Positions 22,850-34,059 of a stretch of DNA of 64,000 nucleotides are shown here, piece after piece (the stretch's first letter is position 1; every line of letters starts with the position of its first letter). The notes under the pieces were generated by a model. It did not search any database, had not been told where the DNA came from, and was given only the letters and a program-made list of their open reading frames with translations. Source of the stretch: Rhodanobacteraceae bacterium (GTDB taxonomy: Bacteria; Pseudomonadota; Gammaproteobacteria; Xanthomonadales; Rhodanobacteraceae); assembly GCA_035699085.1 (NCBI GenBank), contig DASSBG010000004.1, positions 50,281 to 114,280 on the forward strand, in the 5' to 3' direction. The position numbers were made by a program, and so were the translations under genes.

Positions 22850-23353
22850 TCACATCTGCACGAAGCGGTAGGTGGCGCCGCTGGGCGCCAGCGCCTTGGC
22901 TACGCGGTCCTTGTCGGCGGCGTCGCCGACGAACATGACGATCACGTTCTTGAAGGAGCCCTTGGCGGCCTGTGAGAAGGCCTGGCTGATGAAGTCGGCG
23001 GTGGTCGACGAGTCGGGGCCGCCGAAGGCCAGCAGGTTGCCGGGAAGCACGGTCCGCAGCACCGTGTCGGTGACCTGGTCAAGCTGGAGGTCGCGCTGCC
23101 CCTGGGCCGCGGGGCTGTCGCCGGCGGGCACGAAGTACAGGTACGGGCGCTTGGCGGTCATGCCCTCCATGTGTGCAGAAACCTTGCTTATCAGGTAGTT
23201 CTGCCAGGCCTTGGTGTCGCCGGCACTCGATGGCCGGGCCGGTGCCGCGGCGGTCTGGGAGCCCTGCTGGGTCTGGTCGCCGGAATTCTGGCAGCCGCCG
23301 AGCGCGAACGTGCCGAGCAGCATGATGATGGCGAACATCAGGTGTTTGCGCAT
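22850..23353 (-). CDS. hypothetical lipoprotein
   Basis: ORF 22850..23404 trimmed to MRKHLMFAIIMLLGTFALGGC (lipobox). Confidence 0.65.
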   Translation of the reverse strand: MRKHLMFAIIMLLGTFALGGCQNSGDQTQQGSQTAAAPARPSSAGDTKAWQNYLISKVSAHMEGMTAKRPYLYFVPAGDSPAAQGQRDLQLDQVTDTVLRTVLPGNLLAFGGPDSSTTADFISQAFSQAAKGSFKNVIVMFVGDAADKDRVAKALAPSGATYRFVQM

Positions 23354-23387
23354 GATTTCATAGCCCCATTGGGTGTCAGTGGAAGAA

Positions 23388-24498
<1,111 letters not shown>

Positions 24499-24598
24499 GC
24501 GCCGGCCCTGTGGCGGGCGCGGGAGGTGCTCCGATCAGGTGGCAGCAGGAGGTCGGGTGCTAGCATGATTGCAGGAATTATCGCTACGATCGCAAGCA

Positions 24599-25891
24599 AT
24601 GCTCAAGTTTTTCAAAAGGAAGGGCGCCAAGCCGCAGCGCCCGGAGGCGGACGATTCGCGCCAGTTGGACGAGGCCGGTCGCGAAACGTCCCGGAGCGCA
24701 GAGCTGGCCGAGCGCCCGGTGGGGCGGCCACAGGACGACGGCCGCGCGGCCCGCCGTGCGGCGAAGGACGCTGAACAGGACCGTCCGGCTGGACGTGCCA
24801 CGCCCGAGCCCGCCGTGGCGGAGCCGTCGCCGAGCCCGGCCGAAGCGTCGGCCTTGCCACTCGCGTCCGTCGCAAGCCCATCGGACGATGCCGGCCGGCA
24901 ACAGCCTGAAGTCGGCGAGCTGGAGCAGCCCGCGGGCGGCGACGCCATCGGGTCAAGCGACAGCGGCAAGCGCCGCGGCTGGCGCCAGCGGCTTGCCGGC
25001 AGCGGATTCAGCCGCGGCATCGGCGGGTTGTTCTCGCGCAACCCGAAACTGGACGACGCCCTGCTGGATGAGCTGGAAACCAGCCTCATCACCGCCGACG
25101 TCGGCGTCACGCTGAGCACCCGCCTGAGCGAAGACCTGCGCCGGCGCATGCACAAGCGGGAATTCGCCGACGCGGCAGCGCTGCTCACGGCGCTGCGGGA
25201 CGACCTGGTGGCGATCCTGGAGCCGGTGGCGCGGCCTCTGGACGTGAGCGCGGCGAGGCCCTTCGTGCTGTTGATGGTCGGCGTCAACGGCGTCGGCAAG
25301 ACCACCACGGTGGGTAAACTGGCGCGGCGCTTCCGCAGCGAGGGCCGGCGCGTATTGCTGGCGGCCGGCGATACCTTCCGCGCCGCCGCCGTCGAGCAGC
25401 TGCAGGCTTGGGGCGAGCGCAACGACGTGCCGGTGATCGCCCAGGGCCAGGGTGCCGATTCGGCCAGCGTGGTTTTCGACGCGCTGCAGTCGGCGCGCGC
25501 GCGGGGCAGCGACGTGCTGATCGCCGACACCGCCGGCCGCCTGCACACCCAGGGCGGGCTGATGGACGAGCTGGCCAAGGTGCGCCGTGTGCTTGCGCGG
25601 CTGGATGCCGATGCGCCGCACGAGACGCTGCTGGTGCTGGACGGGGGGACCGGCCAGAACGCCATCAGCCAGGTGCGTCAATTCCAGCAGGCGGCGGGCG
25701 TCACCGGCCTTGCCGTCACCAAGCTCGACGGCACGGCGAAGGGTGGCGTGGTGTTCGCGCTGGCCGCCGAGTTCGGCTTGCCGATCCGCTACGTCGGCCT
25801 CGGCGAGGGCGTCGAGGACCTGGCGCCGTTCGATCCCGCCGCGTTCGTCGACGCCCTGTTGCCGTCTTCGCTCGGCGCCGCGGCGGCCTGA
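24599..25891 (+). CDS. ftsY: signal recognition particle receptor FtsY
   Basis: ORF trimmed to MLKFFKRKG with an acidic/charged N-domain. Contains [23 protein letters not shown] and [10 protein letters not shown]. Confidence 0.96.
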   Translation: MLKFFKRKGAKPQRPEADDSRQLDEAGRETSRSAELAERPVGRPQDDGRAARRAAKDAEQDRPAGRATPEPAVAEPSPSPAEASALPLASVASPSDDAGRQQPEVGELEQPAGGDAIGSSDSGKRRGWRQRLAGSGFSRGIGGLFSRNPKLDDALLDELETSLITADVGVTLSTRLSEDLRRRMHKREFADAAALLTALRDDLVAILEPVARPLDVSAARPFVLLMVGVNGVGKTTTVGKLARRFRSEGRRVLLAAGDTFRAAAVEQLQAWGERNDVPVIAQGQGADSASVVFDALQSARARGSDVLIADTAGRLHTQGGLMDELAKVRRVLARLDADAPHETLLVLDGGTGQNAISQVRQFQQAAGVTGLAVTKLDGTAKGGVVFALAAEFGLPIRYVGLGEGVEDLAPFDPAAFVDALLPSSLGAAAA

Positions 25892-25904
25892 GTGCCGGCG
25901 CCCC

Positions 25905-26969
25905 ATGTCGCGGCGCGCCCGCCTGATCCTGATCACAGCGCTGGCCGTGCTGGCGCTGCTGGTCGGCATCGTTGCGTTGGCCGTGCATGTCCTCCTCAAG
26001 CCGGCGCGCTTCACCGCGATGATGGAGAAGGCGGCGGCCAGCGCCGGCTTCGTGCTGCGCATTGACCGGCCGGCGGAGACCCAGTGGTGGCCACACCTCG
26101 GCGTGCGCGTGCGTGGCCTGCGGCTGAGCGTGGCCGGCGCCGACAGCCCGCTGCTGGTTGCCGGCGAGGCCTACGTGGTAGTGCCGTGGCACAGCCTGCT
26201 GGGCGGCACAGTGGCGATTGACGAGCTTCAGCTGCAGGCGCCGCGAGTCGATCTCGCACAGGTTCCCGCGGCGCTTGATGCCGTGAGTCCTTCCCCTGCC
26301 GCAGCCGGCGTTCCGCGTTGGCCGACGATCGCGGCTGGCGTGAGCATCACTCACGGCCAGCTGCTGCGCGGCGAGGAAGTGCTGCTGCGCGACGTGCAGC
26401 TGGAAACCGGGAGCCTCGTCCCGGGCCAGCGGTTCAGCCTGCTTGCCAGCGCAAGCAGTCTCGGCGGGATGCCATTGTCCTTGCGCTTCAGCGCGTTGCC
26501 GCAGCAGGGCGATCGCGGGATCAGCCTGCAGTCGATCCAGCTGCAGATTGCCGCCGGCAAGGCCGAGGCGGAGCTGGCAGGCCGCCTCGCCTGGCCCGGC
26601 GGCGACCGCATCGAAGGCCGCCTGCAGGGCAGTCTGGCCCGCGATGACCAGACCTATCGCCTGGAGTTGCAAGCCGAGCCCGGGTCGGCGGCGGACGAGG
26701 GCACCGGCGTGCGCATGGCGCTCAACGGCGAGGGCGCCCACCTGACGATGCGATTGCAGCCGGCGCAGGCCGCGCAGTGGTGGTCGGGGATCGCCAGCGG
26801 CGGGCCGCTGGCACTGCCGCCGGTCAATGCGCAGGCCGAGGTGGCCACGCTGGACCTCGGCAGCCTCCACCTTGAGGGGCTGCGCATCGACAGTGACGGT
26901 CAGCCTGCTGCGACCAGCGCCGCGCGCACGCCGGTGCCCGCGGCCGCTGCCAGCGCAAGCCCGCGATGA
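25905..26969 (+). CDS. AsmA-family protein (short)
   Basis: ORF 25587..26969 trimmed to MSRRARLILITALAVLALLVGIVALAVHVLLKP (N-terminal anchor). AsmA-like repeats follow. ATGA overlap with mutY. Confidence 0.6.
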   Translation: MSRRARLILITALAVLALLVGIVALAVHVLLKPARFTAMMEKAAASAGFVLRIDRPAETQWWPHLGVRVRGLRLSVAGADSPLLVAGEAYVVVPWHSLLGGTVAIDELQLQAPRVDLAQVPAALDAVSPSPAAAGVPRWPTIAAGVSITHGQLLRGEEVLLRDVQLETGSLVPGQRFSLLASASSLGGMPLSLRFSALPQQGDRGISLQSIQLQIAAGKAEAELAGRLAWPGGDRIEGRLQGSLARDDQTYRLELQAEPGSAADEGTGVRMALNGEGAHLTMRLQPAQAAQWWSGIASGGPLALPPVNAQAEVATLDLGSLHLEGLRIDSDGQPAATSAARTPVPAAAASASPR

Positions 26970-28027
26970 CGACCCTCGCACCACGGTTGCTGGCCTGGCA
27001 CGGCCGCCACGGTCGCCACGACCTGCCGTGGCAGCGCCCGCGCAGCAGCTACCGCGTCTGGATCGCCGAGATCATGCTGCAGCAGACCCAGGTGAAGACG
27101 GCATCGGGGTACTTCGAGCGCTTCGTCGCGCGCTTTCCCGATCTGCCGACACTGGCCGCAGCCGACGAGGATGCGGTACTGGCGCTGTGGTCGGGGCTGG
27201 GCTATTACCGCCGCGCGCGCTTCCTGCATCGCACCGCGCAACTGTGCATGCAGCGGCACGACGGCGAACTCCCGCGCTCGGCGCAGGAACTGGCGGCACT
27301 GCCGGGAATCGGCCGCTCCACCGCGCATGCGATCCTGGCGCAGGCGCACGGCCAGCCGCTGGCGATCCTGGACGGCAATGTCAAGCGGGTGCTGTCGCGT
27401 TACCACGCCGTGCACGGCTGGGCGGGGACGGCGGCGGTCGAACGCGAGCTTTGGGCGCTGGCCGAGCGGCACACACCGAGTGCGCAGGTGGCCGACTACA
27501 CGCAGGCGATCATGGATCTCGGTGCCACGGTCTGCACTCGCGCCCGGCCGCGCTGCGCACTCTGTCCGCTTGCCGAAGATTGCCTCGCACGCCGCCAGGG
27601 CCTGATCCCGGCGCTGCCGCAGCCGCGGCCGCGCAAGTTGATCCCGGTCCGTCAGGTCTGCATGCTGCTGTTGTACGACCGGCAAGGCCGGGTGCTGCTT
27701 GAGCGGCGAAGCGGGCAGGGGGTCTGGCCGCGCCTCTGGAGCCTGCCCGAAAGCAGTGACGAGGGCGCGGCCGGCGAGGCGGCGCGGCTGGCGCTGGTCG
27801 GGGATACAAGGCCACGCCCGTTGGCTGCCTTCGAACATGCCTTCAGCCACTACCGCCTGTGCGTGCGGCCGCTGCTCTGGGCGGCGGTGTCGCCGCACCA
27901 AGGCATCGCTGACAATGACGACCTGCGTTGGTGCGCCGCCGAGGACTGGGCCGGGATGGGCTTGCCGGCGCCGGTTCGCCGCTTGCTGCTGTCAATCAAA
28001 CCGGAGAGCGAAACATGCCCCGCATGA
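26966..28027 (+). CDS. mutY: A/G-specific adenine DNA glycosylase
   Basis: [24 protein letters not shown]...[13 protein letters not shown]...[13 protein letters not shown]...C (4Fe-4S loop), with a NUDIX-like C-terminal domain. Confidence 0.96.
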   Translation: MTTLAPRLLAWHGRHGRHDLPWQRPRSSYRVWIAEIMLQQTQVKTASGYFERFVARFPDLPTLAAADEDAVLALWSGLGYYRRARFLHRTAQLCMQRHDGELPRSAQELAALPGIGRSTAHAILAQAHGQPLAILDGNVKRVLSRYHAVHGWAGTAAVERELWALAERHTPSAQVADYTQAIMDLGATVCTRARPRCALCPLAEDCLARRQGLIPALPQPRPRKLIPVRQVCMLLLYDRQGRVLLERRSGQGVWPRLWSLPESSDEGAAGEAARLALVGDTRPRPLAAFEHAFSHYRLCVRPLLWAAVSPHQGIADNDDLRWCAAEDWAGMGLPAPVRRLLLSIKPESETCPA

Positions 28028-28290
28028 TCCAGTGCCAGAAACTGAAACGCGAAGCACCCGGCCTCGACTACGCGCCGTGGCCGGGCGAGCTTGGCCAGCG
28101 CATCTACGCGGGCATATCGCGCGAGGCATGGCAGCAATGGCTGGAGCATCAGACAATGCTGATCAACGAGAACCGCATCAACCCGCTGGACCCGAAGGCG
28201 CGCGCCTTCCTGGCCGAGCAGATGGAGCAGTTCCTGTTCGGAGGAGGCGCGGAGAAACCGCCGGGCTACGTTGCGCCGGATGCCGACTGA
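28015..28290 (+). CDS. yggX: oxidative-damage protection / Fe(2+)-trafficking protein YggX
   Basis: ORF 27928..28290 trimmed to [52 protein letters not shown]. Classic mutY-yggX pairing. Confidence 0.93.
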   Translation: MPRMIQCQKLKREAPGLDYAPWPGELGQRIYAGISREAWQQWLEHQTMLINENRINPLDPKARAFLAEQMEQFLFGGGAEKPPGYVAPDAD

Positions 28291-28679
28291 GCCGCACGAC
28301 CGGCGCGGTGCATGGCCTTCATGTCGACCGGGCGGATCGACTTCACCATGCAGCGGATGTCGCCGACATCCACCGCGTCAAAGCGCTTCGAGAAGACGTG
28401 CGCCATCGATTGCGTCAGGCCCAGCGCATTGGCGAAGTTGAAGCGCGGGCAGGGCTCCTTCACCCGGATCAGCCAGGCGCGGTTGACGCCGGTCCAGACC
28501 GCGACGGTATTGTCGCCCAGGTTTTCGAAGCCGATGAGGTTGTAATAATGCATCCGCTCCACCGGCGGACCGGCGAAGCGCTGGAATCGGGCAAGCCGGT
28601 CTGCCTGGCTTGCGGCGCTTGCCGCCATCGGCACCAGGCATGCCAGCAAACCTGAAACCACCCAGCCTTTCTTGCTCAT
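28266..28679 (-). CDS. hypothetical secreted protein
   Basis: ORF 28266..28898 trimmed to [24 protein letters not shown]. The upstream part of the ORF is just the tRNA-Phe gene read as protein. Confidence 0.6.
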   Translation of the reverse strand: MSKKGWVVSGLLACLVPMAASAASQADRLARFQRFAGPPVERMHYYNLIGFENLGDNTVAVWTGVNRAWLIRVKEPCPRFNFANALGLTQSMAHVFSKRFDAVDVGDIRCMVKSIRPVDMKAMHRAGRAAQSASGAT

Positions 28680-28786
28680 GGGTACACCTCCTCGCGTCGG
28701 CGGCAGCCGCGGGGCAGACCGCCGCAACAATGCCAACGCGCGAGGCTTGCGCCGGTGGACAAGCGAGTTAAACGGCGTGGGAATGG

Positions 28787-28862
28787 TGGTGGCCGGGGAC
28801 AGAATCGAACTGCCGACACGGGGATTTTCAATCCCCTGCTCTACCAACTGAGCTACCCGGCC
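28787..28862 (-). tRNA. tRNA-Phe (anticodon GAA)
   Basis: Reverse complement reads GGCCGGGTAGCTCAGTTGGTAGAGCAGGGGATTGAAAATCCCCGTGTCGGCAGTTCGATTCTGTCCCCGGCCACCA, a canonical cloverleaf with encoded CCA. Confidence 0.92.
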
Positions 28863-29008
28863 CCTGATCTTTGAGGCCTTGCCCGTGCCATGGCGCACGA
28901 GGCGAGCCGCGTATTACAACGGCTGGCCGGTGCCGCGTCAAGCGCAACGAGGCCAGGCCCCGCAATCGCACGAGACTGCGTGCGGGCGATGCGGACGACA
29001 GCTGCCGC

Positions 29009-29950
29009 TCACGGCTCGAGCTGGCAGTGGCCGTCATGGCCGTCGTCGCCGGCGCAGGCGTGGTCGGTCTGCAAGGTGACATGGTCGATGCCGAAGCGCG
29101 CGCGGAGCATGGCGGCGATCTCGCGGCGCTTGTCGTGGCAGTCGACGTCAGGGCGGACGTGGACGTGGGCCGACAGCGCCGGGAAACCCGAGCCCACCTC
29201 CCAGACGTGCAGGTCGGCGAGGCGCGTCACCGCCGGGATGGCCAGGATCGCCTCGGCCACAACGGTTGGCGCAATGTCGCGCGGTGCCGCTTCCATGAAA
29301 ATGCGTCCGGAGTCGCGCACCAGCCCGAAGCCCGCCCTGGCCATCAGCGCCGACACCAGCAATGCGGCGACCGGATCCAGTCGCACCCAGCCGGTCGCCC
29401 AGATCAGCCCGCCGGCAACGGCGGTGGCAATGAAGGCGTAGAGGTCGGTGAGGATGTGCTTGTAACTGCCCTGGATGTTGAGGCTGCGGCGGTCGGCCTT
29501 GCGCATGAGCCAAAGGACGCCAAAGTTGACCACGATGCCAACCAGCGCCACCAGCAGCACCCAGCGGCCCTCGACCGCCGGCGGCTTCAGCAGGCGCCGC
29601 ACCGCCTCGACCGCAAACCAGACGGCCAGCAACAGCAGCGTGATGCCGTTGGCCTGGGCGCTGAGGATCTCGACACGCTTGAAGCCCCAGGTGAAGCTGC
29701 CACCGGCCGGCCGGGCGGCCGCGGCCATTGCGAACAGCGCGAGGCCGATGGCGGCGGCGTCGGTGAGCATGTGGCCGGCATCGGAAACGAGCGCCAACGA
29801 CGAGGCCATGATCCCGACCGCGACCTCGGCCAGCATGAAGGCGCACAACAGCGCCAGCGCCAGCGACAGGTACCGGCGGTCGGCGTCGCGGCCCACCGCA
29901 TGGTGGTGATGATGGTGCTGGTGCCTGGGCGCGATCATCGGCGCCAGCAT
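29009..29950 (-). CDS. cation diffusion facilitator family transporter (CzcD-like)
   Basis: His-rich N-terminus (HQHHHHHH), LALVSDAGHMLTDAAA and HILTDLYAF (TM2/TM5 metal-site motifs), plus a C-terminal cytoplasmic domain. Confidence 0.9.
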   Translation of the reverse strand: MLAPMIAPRHQHHHHHHAVGRDADRRYLSLALALLCAFMLAEVAVGIMASSLALVSDAGHMLTDAAAIGLALFAMAAAARPAGGSFTWGFKRVEILSAQANGITLLLLAVWFAVEAVRRLLKPPAVEGRWVLLVALVGIVVNFGVLWLMRKADRRSLNIQGSYKHILTDLYAFIATAVAGGLIWATGWVRLDPVAALLVSALMARAGFGLVRDSGRIFMEAAPRDIAPTVVAEAILAIPAVTRLADLHVWEVGSGFPALSAHVHVRPDVDCHDKRREIAAMLRARFGIDHVTLQTDHACAGDDGHDGHCQLEP

Positions 29951-30016
29951 GCGCCAAGCTTTGGCGGTATGAAATTACATCGGCACCGGCGCTTCAGGCG
30001 CGCGTTGGCGCTGCGC

Positions 30017-30496
30017 TCAGCGCCAGGTGCCGGAGAGGCCGGGGACAGGCGACAGCCAACCTTGCCGGTCGACCGGAAAACTTTGCCGGCCGCCGCCCTC
30101 GCCGGTCACTTCCAGGGTGCCCTTCAGCGTATAGGCGATGCTGTGCGTGGTGGTGCCGGGCTGATTGGTCACGGCAAGTGCCTGGCGCGCGGCGGCGGGT
30201 GGATCAAGGGTGGTGTGGACGACGTCGGCGCTCTGCTCCGCGATGTCGATGTCGGGCCCGGCGTCAATGGTGCCGGCGCCGGCCGCGCCGACGGTCAAAT
30301 CCACTTGAACGTGGTCCCAATGCACCGACGCGTCGTAGCTGTAATTGCGCAGCCGCAGCGTCAATTGCCAATGGCCGTCGCTGTCCACGTGCAGCTGCTG
30401 CACGCTGAGATCCGGCGGAAACACATGGTGGGTTGGGCCGCAGCCGGCGAGCAGTACGGCGGCCATCATCAGCAGCGCGAACGGCAGGCGTTTCAT
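30017..30496 (-). CDS. lipoprotein, possibly LEA type-2 (LEA14-like) fold
   Basis: ORF trimmed to MKRLPFALLMMAAVLLAGC (lipobox). The beta-rich remainder gives only a tentative family call. Confidence 0.55.
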   Translation of the reverse strand: MKRLPFALLMMAAVLLAGCGPTHHVFPPDLSVQQLHVDSDGHWQLTLRLRNYSYDASVHWDHVQVDLTVGAAGAGTIDAGPDIDIAEQSADVVHTTLDPPAAARQALAVTNQPGTTTHSIAYTLKGTLEVTGEGGGRQSFPVDRQGWLSPVPGLSGTWR

Positions 30497-30747
30497 GGCG
30501 ATCATCCGTGGCGTAACCTGCGCCGACTTTAGCGCGTCTGCGCGCCGATGTCGTGTCGCCGGTGCCGACACTGCACCCGCGACGGCGCTGCTTGCGATGC
30601 CCGCGGCCGCGCCGCCGCCGGCGGGCCGGCCGCTGTAGCCACCGCCAATCCCCAAAACCCCAGATCCCGGCCATGCCGGCCGCATCCCGGTTCCCTTCGC
30701 TGGCCGGAACAGGCATCATCGCGGCCCCGCCATCCGCAGCCATCGCC

Positions 30748-31233
30748 ATGACCCGTCGTTTCGTTGCCCGCCGCTCGCCCATCCACGGCAACGGCGTGTT
30801 CGCCGTGCAGCCGATCCGCAAGGGCGACTTCGTCATCCAGTACAAGGGGCGCCTGATCACCCACGCGCAGGCCGACCGCGACTATGGCGATGGCGCCGAC
30901 ACCGGCCACACCTTCCTGTTCACGCTCAACGACAAGTACATCGTCGACGCCAATGTCGGCGGCAACAGCGCCCGCTGGATCAACCACAGCTGCGAGCCCA
31001 ACTGCGAGGCCTCGGTCGAGGAGGCTGACGACGGCAATCCGCGGCACGACCGCGTTGTCATCGAGGCCCTGCGCGATATCGCGCCAGGCGAGGAGCTGAC
31101 CTACAACTACGGCATCGTCCTCGAGGTTCCGCACACGCCGCGGTTGAAGAAGTTGTGGGCCTGCCGCTGCGGCGCGGCCAAGTGCAGCGGTACGCTGCTG
31201 CAGCCGAAAAAGGGAAAAAGCCGGGACTCGTGA
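30748..31233 (+). CDS. SET-domain protein (putative protein-lysine methyltransferase)
   Basis: ORF trimmed to MTRRFVARRSPIHGNGVFA. Contains ARWINHSCEPNC, ELTYNY, and the post-SET-like CRCGAAKCSGTL. Confidence 0.85.
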   Translation: MTRRFVARRSPIHGNGVFAVQPIRKGDFVIQYKGRLITHAQADRDYGDGADTGHTFLFTLNDKYIVDANVGGNSARWINHSCEPNCEASVEEADDGNPRHDRVVIEALRDIAPGEELTYNYGIVLEVPHTPRLKKLWACRCGAAKCSGTLLQPKKGKSRDS

Positions 31234-31301
31234 TTGGTGAGGCTTGGCCCTGAGTGCCGAGCCTCCAGTCCAGCCCACGGCGCTACCGCGTTACCGCTTT
31301 T

Positions 31302-31330
31302 CGGGTCCCGGGTACAGGGTCCCCGATCCC
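31302..31330. repeat. short heptamer array
   Basis: CGGGTCCCGGGTACAGGGTCCCCGATCCCC. It is G-rich on the minus strand immediately after the stop of the 31334..31789 gene. Confidence 0.7.
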
Positions 31331-31333
31331 CAG

Positions 31334-31789
31334 CTACTTCCCGTCCTTCTTTGCCGCCGCGGCCGCCTTGGACTTCATTTTGTCCCGGCGCGCCTTCATG
31401 CGATCCTCACGCTGTTTCATCCGCGCTTCCATTTCCGGCGTGACCTTGCGGAAAGACATCCGCAGCATCACCTTGTCGCCGGTTTTGAGGCCGGCCAGGG
31501 TCTCGGGCGGAAAATGCACCCGCACGGTGTGACCGTTGCTCTTCACCTCAAGCATGCCGGTGGTCTTGTCGACCGACATGACGGAACCTTCCATGCGGTG
31601 GCTGCCCATGGCGCCGCGCATCATGCGCCGCTTCTGCATGCGCTCGCGCATGGCCTTTCGCATCGCCTGTTTCTGCGCCGTCGCGCTGTGTGCCGGAGCC
31701 GGCGCGGGGGTCGCGGTCTGTGCCAGCGCCAGTGGCGCCGCCAGGGCCAGGATTGCTGCCAGCAGGTACACCTGTTGCCGTTTCATCAT
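31334..31789 (-). CDS. Met/Lys-rich periplasmic protein, hypothetical
   Basis: Signal peptide MMKRQQVYLLAAILALAAPLALA. Then M-rich stretches (MRKAMRERMQKRRMMRGAMGSHRMEGSVM) and a small beta domain. Confidence 0.6.
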   Translation of the reverse strand: MMKRQQVYLLAAILALAAPLALAQTATPAPAPAHSATAQKQAMRKAMRERMQKRRMMRGAMGSHRMEGSVMSVDKTTGMLEVKSNGHTVRVHFPPETLAGLKTGDKVMLRMSFRKVTPEMEARMKQREDRMKARRDKMKSKAAAAAKKDGK

Positions 31790-31878
31790 CAGCTCCCGTC
31801 AGTGAACGGCGCGAGTCGCGCCGCGTGGACCCTTTTACGTTGGCTGCGCCGCCGAAGCAAGTGCCGCATTGCGGACGA

Positions 31879-32439
31879 TCAGCCGCCCGCGGGTGCCCCG
31901 TCGTCGATCTCGTTGAAGGGGCCCGGGTGGTCGAGCAGCCAGAGACCGGTCATCAGCTTGGGGTCAACGGACAGGCCGGCGCGTGCGCGTGCCTGCAGCC
32001 AGGCGGGAACGTCGGCCAGCGGCACTTCGTGCACGGTGATGTCCTCGCTGTCGTCCCCACCGCCCGCGCCGACGCGTTGCAGGCCGACGGCGCGCACGAA
32101 ATGGATGAACTCGGTGCTCATGCCGGCCGAGCTGGGGCCGGAATGCAGGTGTTCGATGCACGCGCAGCGGTAGCCGGTCTCCTCCTCCAGCTCTCGCGTG
32201 GCGGCCTCCGCCAGCGGCTCGTCGCCGCAGGCCGCGAGGTCGCCGATCAGGCCGGCGGGCAGCTCGATGGTGGTGCGGTCGATCGGCACCCGCCGCTGTT
32301 CGACGACCAGCAGCGCGCCGGCGTCGGTCACCGCGACGATCACCACCGCGCCGGCGGCATTGGCGCGCTCGACGTACTCCCAGTGGTCGTGCCGTTTCAA
32401 GCGCAGCCAGCGCCCCTGATACAGTGTCTCGTCCGCCAT
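31879..32439 (-). CDS. NUDIX hydrolase (ADP-ribose pyrophosphatase-like)
   Basis: Trimmed to MADETLYQGRWLRL. Nudix box ELPAGLIGD....EPLAEAATRELEEETGY. Confidence 0.88.
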   Translation of the reverse strand: MADETLYQGRWLRLKRHDHWEYVERANAAGAVVIVAVTDAGALLVVEQRRVPIDRTTIELPAGLIGDLAACGDEPLAEAATRELEEETGYRCACIEHLHSGPSSAGMSTEFIHFVRAVGLQRVGAGGGDDSEDITVHEVPLADVPAWLQARARAGLSVDPKLMTGLWLLDHPGPFNEIDDGAPAGG

Positions 32440-32501
32440 TCGTGAACCTTGCGCGACCGCGAGGGTCAATGGCTGGTCATTCTACGCAAGGGACGTCCTG
32501 C

Positions 32502-34019
32502 ATGTATTTCCAGAAATGGTTGGCCGGCGCCGCGCTCGGCCTGGCGCTGGTTTCGGTCGCGCAGGCCCAGGCGCCGAACGCGCAGGTCGTGCGGCGCGCC
32601 GAAAGCCTGAGCCAGCAGCAGATCCAGGCGTCGCAGAACGTGGCCGGGCTGCAGGCGCTCGCCGGCATCTACCACGCCACCGGCGACAAGCAGCGCTACC
32701 GCTGGGCCCTCGACCGCCTGACCACCCTGCGCCCCGGCTCGCTGCGACTGAAGCTGGCGCTGGCGGCCAGCTACGCCGGCGACGACATGAAGACGCCGGC
32801 CTATGACCTGCTGCTGCGCATCAAGGGCCAGGGGTTCGGTGTCGACATCGGCGATGACCCGCGGTTCGAAAAAATCCACGGCACCCAGGTCTGGGACTAC
32901 ATCGTCGCCAACCTCAAGGAAAGCCTAAAGCCTTTCGGCGAGGGCAAGCCCGCCTTCACGCTCAAGCGCAAGGGTCTGCTGATCGAGGCCATCGGCTACG
33001 ATCCGGCGCGCAAGCAGTTCCTGTTTGGCAGCGCCCACGACGGCCACGTGTACCTCGGCGACAAGAACGGCAACCTGCACGACTTCATCGCGCCCGACGC
33101 GAGCAACAAGCTGTGGGCGGTGATGGATCTGGTTGCCGACGCCAAGCGCAATCGCCTGTGGGTTGCGACCACCTCGGTACCGCAGTTCGAGGGATATTCG
33201 GCCGACAATGCCGGCAAGGCCGCGCTCGACGAATTCAACCTGAAAACGGGCAAGCTGCTGCACCGCTACGAACTGCCCGGCCGCAAGGTATTCCTGTCCT
33301 CGCTGGCGCTGGCGCCCAATGGCGACATTTACGCCGCCGACGGCGTGAACCGCGTGATCTACACCATCGAGAAGGGCAAGCTGAAGGAGCTGGTCGGCAA
33401 CCGGCACCTCAGCAGCATCCGCGCAATGACCGTCGGCCCCGGCGGCAAGGTGCTGTACCTTGCGGACCCGCAGATCGGCGTCCTCGGCTTCGACCTGAAG
33501 ACGCACAAGGCTTTCGGCCTCGGCTACAACCCCGAGGCACTGGTACTGCCGGGGATCGTCGACATGCTGGCCTACGATGGCACCCTGGTGGTGGTTGAGC
33601 CGGGCATGCAGCCCGCGCGGGTGATGCGCCTGACCCTGTCCGACGATGGCCGCCGCGTGACCAAGGCGATGCCGCTGGATGTCGCCCAGCCGGCGTTCGA
33701 GAACCTTGGCGCGGCCACCGCGGTGGGCGACACGATGTACTTCATCGCCAACAACCAGCAGGGCAAGTACGACCAGCACGGGCTGGTTCGCGACGACGCC
33801 ACTCTCGAGCCGCTGACGATCTTCGCTTCCAACCTGCGCTACGCCTGGGGCGAGAGCGGCATCAACATGGGCATGCACGCGCTGCCGACGGCCAAGCCGG
33901 GGGCCAAGGGCGCGGCGGCAGGCAAACGGCAGATGGTCAAGCCGCTGCAGGGGCCAGGCTGGATGAAGCACGGCTTCCAGGCCGACAGGCCGGCGGCAGC
34001 GTCCTCGGGCGGGAAGTAG
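32502..34019 (+). CDS. secreted hypothetical protein (N-terminal TPR-like region, C-terminal beta-propeller-like region)
   Basis: Trimmed to MYFQKWLAGAALGLALVSVAQA (signal peptide). Repeated motifs (...GDIYAADGVNRVIY..., ...KVLYLADPQIGVLGF...) suggest propeller blades. Confidence 0.65.
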   Translation: MYFQKWLAGAALGLALVSVAQAQAPNAQVVRRAESLSQQQIQASQNVAGLQALAGIYHATGDKQRYRWALDRLTTLRPGSLRLKLALAASYAGDDMKTPAYDLLLRIKGQGFGVDIGDDPRFEKIHGTQVWDYIVANLKESLKPFGEGKPAFTLKRKGLLIEAIGYDPARKQFLFGSAHDGHVYLGDKNGNLHDFIAPDASNKLWAVMDLVADAKRNRLWVATTSVPQFEGYSADNAGKAALDEFNLKTGKLLHRYELPGRKVFLSSLALAPNGDIYAADGVNRVIYTIEKGKLKELVGNRHLSSIRAMTVGPGGKVLYLADPQIGVLGFDLKTHKAFGLGYNPEALVLPGIVDMLAYDGTLVVVEPGMQPARVMRLTLSDDGRRVTKAMPLDVAQPAFENLGAATAVGDTMYFIANNQQGKYDQHGLVRDDATLEPLTIFASNLRYAWGESGINMGMHALPTAKPGAKGAAAGKRQMVKPLQGPGWMKHGFQADRPAAASSGGK

Positions 34020-34059
34020 GCGGAGGTCTCGGGGTGCCAGACGCGTTGTGCGGCGGCGC

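Noticed and set aside
28680-28898. N-terminal extension of ORF 28266..28898
   Set aside because: The extension (..RVAQLVEQGIENPRVGSSILSP..) is the tRNA-Phe gene translated. The real start is MSKKGW at 28679.
28871-30532. 553-aa plus-strand ORF
   Set aside because: It is antisense to the CDF transporter and the lipoprotein gene, with shadow-ORF composition.
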